From NCBI GenBank assembly GCA_050175015.1, contig JBFXJJ010000004.1, positions 1 through 64,000 on the forward strand: a DNA stretch of 64,000 nt, in the 5' to 3' direction. Position 1 is the first letter of the stretch. Each line of letters begins with the position of its first letter. The position numbers and the translations under genes were made by a program. Origin of the DNA: Alphaproteobacteria bacterium. GTDB lineage: Bacteria > Pseudomonadota > Alphaproteobacteria > JBFXJJ01. Shown piece by piece: positions 29,356-38,974 of the stretch. The notes below the pieces were generated by a model. It had not been told where the DNA came from. It did not search any database and worked only from the letters and a program-made list of their open reading frames with translations.

Positions 29356-29392
29356 TTTCTACCTTATTTATAGTTATAACGATTGTTATATT

Positions 29393-30103
29393 TTAAGACT
29401 CTCTAACTGAAAAAAATTCAAACAAACCAGACATTTCATCTAAAAATGCTTTGTTTTTAAAAAGATTGGATTTTTTTTCTAGATTATCTTCATTATTAGA
29501 AAGAGGACGGTATTCTTGCAAGACATATTTTTTTACGCCCCGAGAATAAAGTTCTTTGGCAATTTCTCTAATTTCATTTTCGCCTAAATATTTAGGATAA
29601 ACAGTTGTTCTTGTTTCAAAGTCAATGCCAGATTTAAGAAGCATATCAAGACTCTGCATAACTTTATCAAAATCACCAAAACCACCAGTCATCGTTTTAT
29701 ACAAGTGTTCGGGCGACTTAATGTCCAGCCCAACCCAATCAACAAAAGGGAGAATCTTTGCAAGAGCTTCAGGATTTCCTCCTCCTGTATGAAGAGCAAC
29801 CTTAAATCCTAGATTTTTAACTTCCTGAACTGCCATAAAAATTGCGGGCTGAACTAGTGGTTCACCACCACTAAAAACCAGCCCATCAATTCTATTCTTT
29901 CTCTTAACAAGAAAATCAGTAATATCTTGCCAAGTTATCTTTTCATCGCCTTCTTGCTTATGGCATCTTTGCAAATGACCATTATGGCAAAAAGGACAGC
30001 GCCATAAACAACCTTGCATAAAGACAACTGCGGCAAAATGATCAGGAAAATCTATCGTTGTAAAAGGTGTGAACCCTCCAATTAGAATTTCTGATTCTAC
30101 CAT
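29393..30103 (-). CDS. nrdG: Anaerobic ribonucleotide reductase activase (radical SAM)
   Basis: GCLWRCPFCHN and FSGGEP motifs; in an operon with nrdD. Confidence 0.92.
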   Translation of the reverse strand: MVESEILIGGFTPFTTIDFPDHFAAVVFMQGCLWRCPFCHNGHLQRCHKQEGDEKITWQDITDFLVKRKNRIDGLVFSGGEPLVQPAIFMAVQEVKNLGFKVALHTGGGNPEALAKILPFVDWVGLDIKSPEHLYKTMTGGFGDFDKVMQSLDMLLKSGIDFETRTTVYPKYLGENEIREIAKELYSRGVKKYVLQEYRPLSNNEDNLEKKSNLFKNKAFLDEMSGLFEFFSVRES

Positions 30104-30110
30104 AATCTCT

Positions 30111-30320
30111 TTATTTTAAAATTGTTTGTTTAACATCTTCTTGGCAATTCTCAGCAAACCAAGCACGTTCAACGAAAGCTTTTCTTGAAGCAAATTCGCT
30201 TTTTTTACCTTTATTAAATTCTGAAACTGGGCGGTGATAACCCATAACTCTTGTCCAAATTTCGCAAGGTTGTCTTTCTTCATCTGATAACATTTCATTA
30301 GAATTCATATTTGTATTCAT
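30111..30320 (-). CDS. Stand-alone NrdD glycyl-radical domain
   Basis: CEIWTRVMGYHRPV...FNKGK motif normally found at the NrdD C-terminus; own SD (AGAGG). The actual start could be the second Met. Confidence 0.85.
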   Translation of the reverse strand: MNTNMNSNEMLSDEERQPCEIWTRVMGYHRPVSEFNKGKKSEFASRKAFVERAWFAENCQEDVKQTILK

Positions 30321-30366
30321 ATCTATATATCCTCTTTTTTAAGTTAAACCTTATATTTATACAATC

Positions 30367-32478
30367 TTAGGCTGCGGAACTTGCTTCTTTTTGCCTAGCT
30401 GCTTCTAAATCATCTTCTGCCTTTTTTTTAGCGTTTAAAATTTCTTCATCGCATATCGGGCAGAACTTATGTTCACCAGCAAGATATCCATGTTTGGGAC
30501 ATATTGAAAATGTTGGTGTAATCGTTATATATGGTAACCTGTAGTTGGTTAAAACGGTCTTAATGAGTTTTCCGCAAACTTTAGAACTAGAAATACGCTC
30601 ACTCATATAAAGGTGCAAAACGGTACCGCCGGTATATTTGCTTTGTAAGATATTTTGCTTATCTAAAGCTTCGAATGGATCATCGGTATACCCAACAGGA
30701 AGCTGGGAAGAATTGGTATAATAAGGAGCATCTTCGGTTCCTGCCTGAACAATATTTTCAAAGCGCTTTTTATCTTCTCTTGCAAAACGGTAAGTTGCAC
30801 CTTCGGCTGGCGTAGCTTCCAGATTATACATATGACCTGTTTCTTTCTGGAAAATAACCATTTTTTCTCTGATATGATCTAAAACTTTTAACGCAAACTG
30901 GTTACCAAAATCATCAGCAATATCATATTCATCATTAGTAAAATTGCGAATCATTTCATTGATACCGTTTACACCAATCGTAGAGAAGTGATTACGCAGT
31001 GTTCCTAGATATCTCTTAGTATAAGGGAACAAACCTGAATCCATATGTCTCTGAATCACTTTGCGTTTGATTTCTAAACTAGTTCTAGCAACATCTAGTA
31101 ATTCATCAATTTTTCTAAATAAGCCTTCTTCATCATTTTTGTAAACATAGCCTATTCTAGCACAGTTAATTGTAACCACGCCGACTGAACCTGTCTGCTC
31201 AGCAGAACCAAATAAACCGTTACCTTTTGCTAAAAGCTCTCTTAAATCGAGCTGCAAACGGCAACACATTGAGCGAACCTGTCCTGGATTTAAGCTAGAA
31301 TTAATAAAGTTTTGGAAATAAGGAAGTCCATATTTAGCCGTCATTTCAAAAAGAATTTCGGCATTCTTATCTTCCCAAGGAAAATCTTCAGTAATATTAT
31401 ATGTAGGAATTGGAAATGTGAAAGGTCTGCCCTTGCTATCGCCTGCCATCATTACTTCAATGTAGGCTCTATTAATCATATCCATTTCTTCTTTCAAATC
31501 ACCATAGGTGAAGTCCATTTCTTTTCCGCAGATTACAGGAACCTGTTTTTTAAGGTCTTCTGGGCATACCCAATCAAAGGTAAGATTTGTAAAAGGAGTT
31601 TGGGTTCCCCATCTTGAAGGAACATTAAGATTATAAACAAATTCCTGCATATCTTGACGAACTTGATCATAGCTCAAATTGTCTTTGCGAACATACGGTG
31701 CTAAGTAAGTGTCAACCGAACTAAAGGCCTGAGCACCGGCCCATTCATTTTGCAATGTTCCTAAGAAATTAACCATTTGTCCCAAAGCACTTGATAAATG
31801 TTTAGGTGGAGAAGATTCTATTTTGCCGTGAACACCATTTAAGCCTTCGTTTAAAAGGTTGCGTAAAGACCAACCAGCACAATAGCCTGCAAGCATATCT
31901 AAATCGTGAATATGAACATCACCAGATCTATGGGCTTCCCCAACTTCACTAGGATAAACGTGATTCAGCCAGAAATTAGCAATAACTTTGCCCGAAACAT
32001 TTAAAATTAGACCACCCAAAGAATAGCCCTGATTAGCATTAGCATTTACACGCCAATCTGCCTTATCCAAATATTCATTAACAGATGAAGCAACATCAAC
32101 AAGGGTTTTACAATCTTGACGCAGTTTGCTGCGTTTTTCACGATACACAATATAAGCACGTGCGGTCTCAAAAAAGTTAGATGAGATCAAAACCTGCTCG
32201 ACTACATCTTGAATATTTTCAATCGTAGGAGCGTTTTTTTCAAAACGATGGCGCAAAACTTTCAAAACCTGTGCGGTTAAAAGCTTTGCTTCTTCTTCTT
32301 CAAATTCTTCAGTTGCCACCCCAGCACGTTTAATCGCTGAAAAGATTTTTGTTTTATCAAAGGGAACTTCAATTCCGTCACGTTTCATAACACTAACAAT
32401 AGCGTTATTTTCAACTGTGGTTGGCAAACTATCGTTTCCAAAAGAAGAAGGGGTTATATCCACTTTTAAATTCTCCAT
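30367..32478 (-). CDS. nrdD: Class III (anaerobic) ribonucleotide reductase large subunit with ATP cone
   Basis: ATP cone (VMKRDG...FDKTKI...IQDVVE), HIHDL, YCAGW, SMCCRL, EATPAE, YTGGT and ICPKHG...CPIC motifs; lacks the RVxGY glycyl motif. Confidence 0.94.
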   Translation of the reverse strand: MENLKVDITPSSFGNDSLPTTVENNAIVSVMKRDGIEVPFDKTKIFSAIKRAGVATEEFEEEEAKLLTAQVLKVLRHRFEKNAPTIENIQDVVEQVLISSNFFETARAYIVYREKRSKLRQDCKTLVDVASSVNEYLDKADWRVNANANQGYSLGGLILNVSGKVIANFWLNHVYPSEVGEAHRSGDVHIHDLDMLAGYCAGWSLRNLLNEGLNGVHGKIESSPPKHLSSALGQMVNFLGTLQNEWAGAQAFSSVDTYLAPYVRKDNLSYDQVRQDMQEFVYNLNVPSRWGTQTPFTNLTFDWVCPEDLKKQVPVICGKEMDFTYGDLKEEMDMINRAYIEVMMAGDSKGRPFTFPIPTYNITEDFPWEDKNAEILFEMTAKYGLPYFQNFINSSLNPGQVRSMCCRLQLDLRELLAKGNGLFGSAEQTGSVGVVTINCARIGYVYKNDEEGLFRKIDELLDVARTSLEIKRKVIQRHMDSGLFPYTKRYLGTLRNHFSTIGVNGINEMIRNFTNDEYDIADDFGNQFALKVLDHIREKMVIFQKETGHMYNLEATPAEGATYRFAREDKKRFENIVQAGTEDAPYYTNSSQLPVGYTDDPFEALDKQNILQSKYTGGTVLHLYMSERISSSKVCGKLIKTVLTNYRLPYITITPTFSICPKHGYLAGEHKFCPICDEEILNAKKKAEDDLEAARQKEASSAA

Positions 32479-32506
32479 ACTAAATAATGATTTATTATTA
32501 AAAACA

Positions 32507-32577
32507 GAACTACATCTAGAACTGCTCAGAACTACTTATTGTGTCTCCAATCAATTTTTAGCCACAATATATTGTGA
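32507..32577. promoter_or_regulatory. Three NrdR boxes upstream of nrdD
   Basis: gaaCTACATCTAGaac (32507-32522), gaaCTACTTATTGtgt (32529-32544) and ccaCAATATATTGtga (32562-32577) match acaCwAtATaTwGtgt; spacing 22 and 33 bp. Confidence 0.85.
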
Positions 32578-32769
32578 TTTTATGATATGCAACCCTAAAA
32601 AAACACTTGACAGTCCTTATTTAAACTAAGCTTTTGTTTTTTATAATAAATATTTTTTTTTACGAATTAACCATTTTTATCTTGCAGGTGGAATCAAGTC
32701 CTATTCAGCATCTTAAAATATAAATTTTTGATAACGACAACACGAATAAAACCTTTAGAAACCAACAAA

Positions 32770-32803
32770 AAAAGAGACTAAAACGAATCTTTTAGTCTCT
32801 TTT
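32770..32803 (-). terminator. Intrinsic terminator downstream of the glycosyltransferase
   Basis: Perfect inverted repeat AAAAGAGACTAAAA / TTTTAGTCTCTTTT. Confidence 0.8.
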
Positions 32804-32881
32804 AAAATGCGGCATAAAAAACTTTATACTAAATATGCTATTTTAATCTTACCAATTGAATTATGGGGATTATAAGCATAA

Positions 32882-34111
32882 TTACTTCTTATCTTTGATA
32901 ATTGAGTCATATAAATCAAAGGTTTTTCTAGCGATTCCTGACCAGCTAAAAATTTCTTCAACCCTTTTCCTACCATTCTCACCTAGAGTTTTTGCTAAGT
33001 TCTTATCCGAAGCTACTTTATTAATAGCTTCAGCCATTTGCATAGCAAATTTTTCAGGATTTCTAGGATCGTGCGGCGGCTCATCAGAAAGCTCAGGATC
33101 AACCAGATAGCCAGTCTGACCGTCAACAACAACCTCCTTAATGCCGCCAACAGCGCTTCCGACAACGGGAGTCCCGCAGGACATAGCTTCAAGATTGATA
33201 ATCCCGAATGGCTCGTATATTGAAGGACAGCAGAATACTGTTGCTCCTGAATAAAAACGAATAGCGGTCTGTCTTGAAACCATTTCAGGAATCCATATAA
33301 CGCCTTCTCTTTCTTTTTTTAAATCGGCAACCATAGCTTCTAGTTCTTTCTGCATTTCAGGTGTGTCAGCATCACCTGCACATAGAACTAACTGCAAATC
33401 TTTATTAAGATGGCGAGCCGCTTTCAAAAGATAATAAAAGCCTTTCTGCCTAGTCATTCTTCCGACAAAAAGAACATAGGGTTTATCTGGATTTATTCCA
33501 TATTTAATAAGCGTTTCATTATCATAAGTTGGTTTGTATTCATTAATGTCAATACCATTATAAATAATAGCTATTTTTGATTCATCTATATCAGGAAAAC
33601 ATTTTATAATGTCAGCTTTAGTGCTTTGAGAAACCGCAATGATAGCATCTGCATTTTCTAAAGCCATTTTTTCAATCCAGCTAGACAAGTCATATCCTCT
33701 GCCTAGCTGCTCCCTCTTCCAAGGACGCAGTGGCTCCAAAGAATGAACCGTAACAACCAAGGGCGTACCATATAAAATTTTTGATATTACGCCGCCAAAA
33801 TCGGCATACCAAGTATGACAATGGACAACATCGGCATCGATTCCCTGCCCATTAAAAACCAATCCTGTAAAAAATGCCTTAAGTGGTGAGACAAATTCTT
33901 TTGGACAACCCGAAAAAATTGAAGCATCAACTTTTGTACCTTTTACAATCAGTTTCCCGTTTTCCAACAGATCATTTTGGTTATGAAAAGACCTAACTTC
34001 TACATTGGCCTCTTTTATTTTTGCCATTTCCTTAGAAAGATATTCGACATGCACGCCTGCTCCACCATAAATGTTAGGTGGAAATTCATTCGTCATATAT
34101 AATACGCGCAT
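32882..34111 (-). CDS. glgA: GT4 glycosyltransferase of the actinobacterial-type GlgA/GlgM (maltose-1-phosphate synthase) family
   Basis: TNEFPPNIYGGAGVHVEYL, HCHTWYA, HSLEPLRPWKREQLG, VGRMTRQKG and CPSIYEPFGIINLEAM motifs. Confidence 0.85.
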   Translation of the reverse strand: MRVLYMTNEFPPNIYGGAGVHVEYLSKEMAKIKEANVEVRSFHNQNDLLENGKLIVKGTKVDASIFSGCPKEFVSPLKAFFTGLVFNGQGIDADVVHCHTWYADFGGVISKILYGTPLVVTVHSLEPLRPWKREQLGRGYDLSSWIEKMALENADAIIAVSQSTKADIIKCFPDIDESKIAIIYNGIDINEYKPTYDNETLIKYGINPDKPYVLFVGRMTRQKGFYYLLKAARHLNKDLQLVLCAGDADTPEMQKELEAMVADLKKEREGVIWIPEMVSRQTAIRFYSGATVFCCPSIYEPFGIINLEAMSCGTPVVGSAVGGIKEVVVDGQTGYLVDPELSDEPPHDPRNPEKFAMQMAEAINKVASDKNLAKTLGENGRKRVEEIFSWSGIARKTFDLYDSIIKDKK

Positions 34112-34231
34112 AAAAAAACTCCTTAATTATTAATTTTATTTACAAATGATGCTCATAGATTTTATAACAAATAGAAAAGTCTTGATAGGTTATTATCATA
34201 TTACCTCTTATTAAATTTTAATGGAAATAAA

Positions 34232-35611
34232 ATGAATTATCAAACATCATCAGACTATCAATTTCTCATAAGAATGGCTGATGGAACCTTAAAACAAATC
34301 AATCCATTCAGTGGAACTCAAGTTTGGACCGTTCCTGGAAGAGGGAATCGTCCAATTTCATCTGATAGAACTGCGAATCTATTAGCCCATGAAACGCCAG
34401 AAAGTTACTGTGCTTTTTGCGAAAGTCGTTATTTTGAAACACCGCCAGAAAAAGAACGCCTTGTTTTAGAAAACGGCGAATATAATAAGATTTCAAACAT
34501 CAGTGGTTCTGAACTTTTAAAAACTAAAGCTGAGTTTCGCAGAGTATCAAACCTTTTTGAAATCATATCTTTTGATTATTGGCAGCAGAACTATGGTTTT
34601 AATGTCAGTGATAGCGCAGAAAGAGCAAGAAAAAATTATATGTCAACACCAGAAGGTAAAAAGCATGTAATGGATATTATAGATTTCAAGTTAAGAAGCT
34701 CTGGTCTTACAGAACAACAAATAGATGCCATTGACGATGATGATAAAATGCAGATATCAAATGGCTTCTTTGCAGGGTGTCACGAATTAATTATAGGCCG
34801 CAAACACTTCTTTGAAGGTGCCACCCACGATAATGACAACTGTTCGTCTGGTTGCCTAACCCCCGAGGAACATTATCAATATATTAATTTTACGGTTGAT
34901 GCTCTTAAAGATATTTATTTAAAAAACCGCTATGCTAGATTCGTAACCGTCTTCCAAAACTGGCTGAAACCAGCGGGAGCTTCATTTGATCACCTCCACA
35001 AACAATTAGTCGCAATAGACGGGAGAAGCGCTGCCAATGATTATGAATTCCAATTAGCAAGGAGCAACCCTAACCTTTACAACGACTATGCCGCCAATTA
35101 TGCTGGATATAATAATCTTGTTGTAGCAGAAAATGACTATGCGATTGCTTTTGCCGACTTCGGTCATAGATATCCAACCCTTGCCGTCTACTCTAAAGCA
35201 AAACGCAATCAACCTTGGAATCAAAATCCAGAGGAAATCAGAGGAATGTCTGATTTAGTTCACGCCTGCCATGCGGCTATGGGCAATCAAATTCCCTGCA
35301 ATGAAGAATGGTATTATCGCCCACCTGATGTTGACATTGCTATGCCTTGGCACATTCTTATTAAATGGCGTATTAGCAACCCTGCGGGCTTTGAAGCCGT
35401 AACCAAAATATTTGTTAATACTATTGAGCCTTGGACACTTAGAGATAAAGTTGTTCCTAAACTTTTCAGTTTGAGAAAAGCTGGCAAAATTGCTCGAATG
35501 AAAATCGCGATGGAATGCGACTGTGTCCCTAACTGTTTAATGTATAACCCATACTTAAACATTAACAATACCTACAGCCACCCTGGCCGTGAAAAAAATA
35601 TGAATTTATAA
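34232..35611 (+). CDS. GalT-like HIT-superfamily nucleotidyltransferase (DUF4921-like)
   Basis: DGTLKQINPFSGTQVWTVPGRGNRP, CAFC Zn motif, and FQNWLKPAGASFDHLHKQL with the GalT HxHxQ motif. Confidence 0.75.
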   Translation: MNYQTSSDYQFLIRMADGTLKQINPFSGTQVWTVPGRGNRPISSDRTANLLAHETPESYCAFCESRYFETPPEKERLVLENGEYNKISNISGSELLKTKAEFRRVSNLFEIISFDYWQQNYGFNVSDSAERARKNYMSTPEGKKHVMDIIDFKLRSSGLTEQQIDAIDDDDKMQISNGFFAGCHELIIGRKHFFEGATHDNDNCSSGCLTPEEHYQYINFTVDALKDIYLKNRYARFVTVFQNWLKPAGASFDHLHKQLVAIDGRSAANDYEFQLARSNPNLYNDYAANYAGYNNLVVAENDYAIAFADFGHRYPTLAVYSKAKRNQPWNQNPEEIRGMSDLVHACHAAMGNQIPCNEEWYYRPPDVDIAMPWHILIKWRISNPAGFEAVTKIFVNTIEPWTLRDKVVPKLFSLRKAGKIARMKIAMECDCVPNCLMYNPYLNINNTYSHPGREKNMNL

Positions 35612-35617
35612 AACAAA

Positions 35618-35662
35618 TGCAGAAGAAACTAAAAATTGCTCAAAAATCAAGTTTCTTCTGCA
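35618..35662 (+). terminator. Hairpin downstream of the GalT-like gene
   Basis: 13-bp perfect inverted repeat TGCAGAAGAAACT / AGTTTCTTCTGCA followed by ATTTTCTT. Confidence 0.65.
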
Positions 35663-35811
35663 ATTTTCTTGTTAATAAATGACAACAACCGTTGCAAAAA
35701 AGACACATTATATTATATAAATATAAAAATATTGTATAAAGAAACTTGGCGAAACACTCTTTTTTATGTTATCAATTTTAATTGATAAATAATTAGAATT
35801 AGGCTCACTAT

Positions 35812-36657
35812 ATGAACATAGATTTTAAATTAAAGCACTTGCTATCAACCAAAACCAACAGCTTTTTGGTCGTTCTATTAATGGCTTGCACCCTAACTTC
35901 AGGTTGTGCCATCAAAAATCAAGAACATCTATCTGATAGTATGTCTATGGAAGTTGCTAAACCTTTTGATGTTAATGATCCTATTGAGCCTTTTAATCGG
36001 TTTATGTTTGGCTTTAATATGTTTGTTGACCGAATTGCAATCGAACCGATAGCAAGGGGCTACCGCTTTGCTGTACCTAAACCTGCAAGAAATTCTATCG
36101 GAAACGCTTTAGACAATTTAAAATCTCCAGTATATTTTGCTAATACTCTTCTTGAAGGTGACGTCAAGGGATCAGGCAAAACGCTTGCAAGATTCACAAT
36201 CAATTCAACTATCGGTATTGTTGGTTTATTTGACGTTGCAAGCAAATTAGGTCTTCCTCTTATAAAACGTGACTTTGGTGAAACTTTGGCCTCTTGGGGA
36301 TCTAATGAAGGTTATTATGTTGTTCTTCCTCTTCTTGGACCATCTAATGTCAGGGATACAGCTGGTTTAGTAGCTGATAATCTTATGGATCCGTTTATGT
36401 GGATTGCGGCTAACAGCAGTGATGCAAACGCTAAAGCCTATGGCTACGTAAGAACTGGTCTTAAAGCTATAGATTCTAGAGAAAAGATGCTTGATACTAT
36501 GGACGATATAAAACGTAATTCTTTAGACTTATATACCGCTACCAAAACAATGTATCGCCAAAACAGAAAGAAACAAGTTAATCAAACTTTGAAAGATTTA
36601 GGCAGAGAAGAAGCTTCTCAAAAAGCACTTTATGATTTTGATTACAACGTTGAATAA
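35812..36657 (+). CDS. mlaA: VacJ/MlaA lipoprotein
   Basis: Lipobox TSGC; DPIEPFNR, RFTINSTIG, DFGETL and LPLLGPSNVRD motifs. Confidence 0.92.
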   Translation: MNIDFKLKHLLSTKTNSFLVVLLMACTLTSGCAIKNQEHLSDSMSMEVAKPFDVNDPIEPFNRFMFGFNMFVDRIAIEPIARGYRFAVPKPARNSIGNALDNLKSPVYFANTLLEGDVKGSGKTLARFTINSTIGIVGLFDVASKLGLPLIKRDFGETLASWGSNEGYYVVLPLLGPSNVRDTAGLVADNLMDPFMWIAANSSDANAKAYGYVRTGLKAIDSREKMLDTMDDIKRNSLDLYTATKTMYRQNRKKQVNQTLKDLGREEASQKALYDFDYNVE

Positions 36658-36681
36658 AAATTAAAATTGGAGCCATCAAAT

Positions 36682-37296
36682 ATGAATAAACTAACCGCAA
36701 AATTAGTTTTACCGTTGTTATTCTTGTCTTTCGCTTTTATGTTCTGCAATACAGAAGCAAAAGCTGCTGATATGCCTAAAGAATACATTGAAAAATTAGC
36801 CGATGTAATGATAACTAATATCACCTCTAAAAATGGTGACAAAGTAGAAAACTTTAGAAAACTTTTTATCAATAATGTCGATGTTGAGTCTATCGCCAGA
36901 TTTGTCTTAGGAGCCCAGTGGCGCTCTCTTGATAAAGCTAAGCAAAAAGATTTTATGAAAGCCTTTACGGAAGTAAATGTTCTAACTTGGTCAAAAAGAT
37001 TTGATGAATATAAAGGGGAAAAAATCACTTTCCAAGACAGTACTCCTGCTCAATCCCCTAAACAATTTTTTGTTAGGAGCTCTGTTGACTTAGGAGAAGG
37101 TCAAAAAGCTGAAGTTGTTTGGAGATTAAAACAAATAGATAAAAGCTTCAAAATCATAGATATCGTAGTTGAAGGTGTGAGTATGTCTATTACCTATCGT
37201 AATGATTACAATTCAGTTATCCAGAACTCTCCTGATGGTATTGACGGATTAATTCATACTCTTAATGTAAAAATTGAAGAATTAAGCGCCAAGTAA
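36682..37296 (+). CDS. mlaC: MlaC/Ttg2D phospholipid-binding periplasmic protein
   Basis: Signal peptide ending AKA; ARFVLG..W and KIIDIVVEGVSMSITYRNDY motifs. Start placed at ATG 36682 after SD GGAG. Confidence 0.9.
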   Translation: MNKLTAKLVLPLLFLSFAFMFCNTEAKAADMPKEYIEKLADVMITNITSKNGDKVENFRKLFINNVDVESIARFVLGAQWRSLDKAKQKDFMKAFTEVNVLTWSKRFDEYKGEKITFQDSTPAQSPKQFFVRSSVDLGEGQKAEVVWRLKQIDKSFKIIDIVVEGVSMSITYRNDYNSVIQNSPDGIDGLIHTLNVKIEELSAK

Positions 37297-37327
37297 TTTT
37301 TTATAGTTTTAACACATAATAACACTT

Positions 37328-37368
37328 AGCTTTTTCTATACTTTACCGTCTAGAAAAAGCTTTTTTTT
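37328..37368 (+). terminator. Terminator after mlaC
   Basis: AGCTTTTTCTA / TAGAAAAAGCT stem followed by a T run. Confidence 0.7.
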
Positions 37369-37496
37369 GATTATAGAACGTTGCAAACTGGTGAAATATT
37401 ATTTCCTTACATATAGAAACACTGAATATGAATATAAGATTTTGCTTTTAATATAACCTCAATGTTTGCCGTAAGACGGTTAAAAAACACGCAAAG

Positions 37497-37527
37497 AAAA
37501 GAGCATCTCGTAAGAAGATGCTCTTTT
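37497..37527 (-). terminator. Terminator after the ABC permease
   Basis: Perfect inverted repeat AAAAGAGCATCT / AGATGCTCTTTT. Confidence 0.75.
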
Positions 37528-37552
37528 GCTCAAAAATACGCTCTTAAATTTT

Positions 37553-38962
37553 TTAAGCCTTACTTTTTATGCCCCAATCCTGTTTTTTGATAACCCACTC
37601 GTGAACAACCTGTCCAATTACAATAAAGGCTTGTATAAACGGCAAAAGAACCGTTACCCAAATCATATCTTGAGGCCAAGGGAAAAATAGACCCGCCATA
37701 AAATCAAAATCATTTTTAACAAAGAAAACAGGCAATAGGGTATAGGAAGCCAAAATAAACAATATCGGCGACAGCGTATCACTATTTTTGCCCTTATTTT
37801 TTATCGCAAAAAGATAAATGATACCGACATCTCTTATCATAAAAAAGACTGCTGCAAAAATGCAGTAAGGCACTACAATCATCAGCTCTTCAGCCCTTCC
37901 CGATGGCAACCTAACATTATATACCGCTAAAGCAGCGACAAAAATAACCACAGGCAAAGTAACAATCGTTCTTGGAAGAATTGCCAAAAATCTACCCCAC
38001 TGCTTTGAAGCTATAAAATATTTTAAAAGGTGCAGCCTTAATGCATCTTTAGATTCACCGCAAGCAATAATATACATTATGGTCAAAACGACATTAAAAG
38101 CTATCGCATATCCTATGGGCATCGGAAATCTATCGTTATAACTACTAAATATTGACATAGGCTTATCAAATCCTGATATTACCAACACAAGAGATAAGAC
38201 GAATAAAAACCAAACAATCGGATTGTTATCAATTAAAAACTCAGATTTCATTGAAAAATATATTCCAATTAAGACCCAAAAGATTGCAAATAACGTTAGA
38301 GTTAAAACGAACGGTGCAACAAGATACAAATTACCATACCATAACAATCTGCCATCTTGAAAAAATTCATTGCCTACCCTGTCAAATCCAAACAATCCTC
38401 CCCAAAGGTCTTCGCTTAACATAGGAATAGCAGAGGCAATTCCGACAACTTGGAAAAACATTATTTCAAATTTTTCAAAGCTATTACGATAGCGCATAGA
38501 ATAAAGGCTAATTAACATTGAAACGGATTGCGCAAGAACACCAAAGGTTATCAGCAGCCCTAAATAATACCAGAAGAACTTAGCTGGTACTTTATCTCTT
38601 AACGTATACCCCAAAAACAAGAAACAAAAGATATTGCCATACCAAACAAAAGCCGTAGAACCAACAAGTTTCCCCCATACCATTTGCCAGGGATTGATAT
38701 TTGACATCTTTTGTTGCGCCCAAGTTCCGAGGTTGACTTCTCTGATTATGGTTTCTGATGATTGCCTTGTCCCCCATAAAAACGTAAGAATGCCATACAT
38801 AACCAGTCCAACCCAAGATATTTTATAATCTATATCGTTATTGTTTTGAAGATATGCCACTAAAAACACCGCCAGTAAGCCAAGAGGCATAGCTATGACT
38901 CTTCTTTTGTTAAATTCTAGCCATAAATTACGACGCAACTCTGGATTATTAAAAAGTTTCAT
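37553..38962 (-). CDS. ABC-2-type exporter permease (about 12 TM)
   Basis: NPELRRNLWLE start, IIREVNLGTW...VWGKL ABC-2 signature, many TM helices; directly downstream of the ATPase. Confidence 0.75.
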   Translation of the reverse strand: MKLFNNPELRRNLWLEFNKRRVIAMPLGLLAVFLVAYLQNNNDIDYKISWVGLVMYGILTFLWGTRQSSETIIREVNLGTWAQQKMSNINPWQMVWGKLVGSTAFVWYGNIFCFLFLGYTLRDKVPAKFFWYYLGLLITFGVLAQSVSMLISLYSMRYRNSFEKFEIMFFQVVGIASAIPMLSEDLWGGLFGFDRVGNEFFQDGRLLWYGNLYLVAPFVLTLTLFAIFWVLIGIYFSMKSEFLIDNNPIVWFLFVLSLVLVISGFDKPMSIFSSYNDRFPMPIGYAIAFNVVLTIMYIIACGESKDALRLHLLKYFIASKQWGRFLAILPRTIVTLPVVIFVAALAVYNVRLPSGRAEELMIVVPYCIFAAVFFMIRDVGIIYLFAIKNKGKNSDTLSPILFILASYTLLPVFFVKNDFDFMAGLFFPWPQDMIWVTVLLPFIQAFIVIGQVVHEWVIKKQDWGIKSKA

Positions 38963-38974
38963 AAGAACATCTCC

